A stretch of DNA of 51,545 nt, counting the filler, from Sphacelaria rigidula (lineage: Eukaryota): NCBI GenBank assembly GCA_964200075.2. It is 4 parts of 4 records of this genome, joined end to end, with 100 filler letters (N's around TTAATTAATTAA, not from the genome) between each part and the next. Parts side by side here need not be neighbours in the genome. Positions count along the whole stretch, not along the records: positions 38,738 to 51,545 come from CAXNAA020003399.1; 3 more parts are not named here. One strand, 5' to 3'. Shown here one piece after another: positions 50,850 to 51,545 of this stretch (position 1 is the first letter of the stretch; each line of letters opens with the position of its first letter). The position numbers were made by a program, and so were the translations under genes. A model generated the notes under the pieces. The model was not told where the DNA came from and did no database searches. It saw only the letters and a program-made list of their open reading frames with translations.

Positions 50850-51545
50850 ACCTTGGGACTGCTGCCGAGATAGCCCCGGCCGAAAAAGTTCACGGAGGCG
50901 ATGATCATAAATGCCGTTAAAGCTGGTTTCGTGCTGCACGACGCGACTTATTTGGGCGTGATAGCTATTTTCGAACTGCTTCACGCCTCTCATGTGGGCG
51001 AACTTGCTGGAAACAAGCCCAACAGTGGGATCGCGGCCGTCTTGTCGCACCGTCTCACGTGCACTTTTTGTGGGGGGGCAATCTCGGCATGAGTCTGGAG
51101 GCAGCTTTCTAGTCAAAACATGTTCGAGAGTTCGTACATTTTCCTCTCTGGTATGGCTACTTCTTACGTAGAAAAAAGGAAACTTGTTGAAAAGTGCGCT
51201 TTTGGCCCCTTTCTGTGCGTTTTTCCTCCGACAAGGGGGCCCGGCGGATGTTGACACCTTGGGATGACGTGCTCCACTCGCTGAGACGGTTCCAGAGCAC
51301 CCTGGCGTTCTCCCAAGGTCACGATTTCGATTTCAACCAAACTTGCAGTTTCAATAACAAACGGTAACGTAACCATGAAAATGTCAGTTCCGCCCCCGTT
51401 TTTTTGTAAAACGTGAGATTGAGAGTCTACGATACGGTTGAGAGTAGACTTTTCATGGCTTTCAGCGGCCGGTTGTGTCTGCATCATTAATGGACAAAAC
51501 GCTTGCCTCGCACATTAGTGCAAAATCCTGCCGGCAAACCTAACA
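50850..51545 (-). mobile_element. piggyBac-like transposase C-terminal remnant (runs off contig end)
   Basis: Across frameshifts: FYKK/NGGGTDIF (cf. FYNKxKGGVDxFD), LRYRLLLKLQVWLK...ENARVLW (cf. RY..K..W..NAxIL), then RRPRSHCWACFQQ resembling the start of the Cys-rich C-terminal domain. Confidence 0.5.

Noticed and set aside
50901..51092. BIR domain on + strand (KAGF...LTCTFCGG)
   Set aside because: Spacing does not fit and the opposite strand gives several ordered piggyBac motifs

Overview
This is not one locus. It is four unrelated ~12.8 kb contigs (1-12815, 12916-25727, 25828-38637, 38738-51545; lengths 12815, 12812, 12810, 12808, i.e. size-sorted) joined by artificial 100-bp N44-TTAATTAATTAA-N44 linkers. 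The DNA is eukaryotic and gene-poor, with GT-AG introns, CA/CT/TA microsatellites and tRNA-derived SINE-like repeats. Repeat families shared between contigs suggest one genome; the style is consistent with a brown alga or other stramenopile (inference). Recognisable content: (1) a spliced minus-strand IQ-motif gene with RGS-like and DH-like segments, probably decayed; (2) 3' exons of an ankyrin-like gene; (3) two in-phase exons of an EF-hand-like gene; (4) a long stop-interrupted exon in contig 4; (5) decayed transposons (Ty3/gypsy gag, PIF/Harbinger, piggyBac-like, possibly KDZ-type) and several MITE families, one with GAG...CTC ends and 4-bp TSDs. The most unusual structure is in contig 4, where paralogous protein-coding modules sit in opposite orientations and form two large fold-back hairpins. 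No CRISPR array, intact RNA gene or prokaryotic system was found. All protein-family calls come from motif recognition by eye, not from searches.
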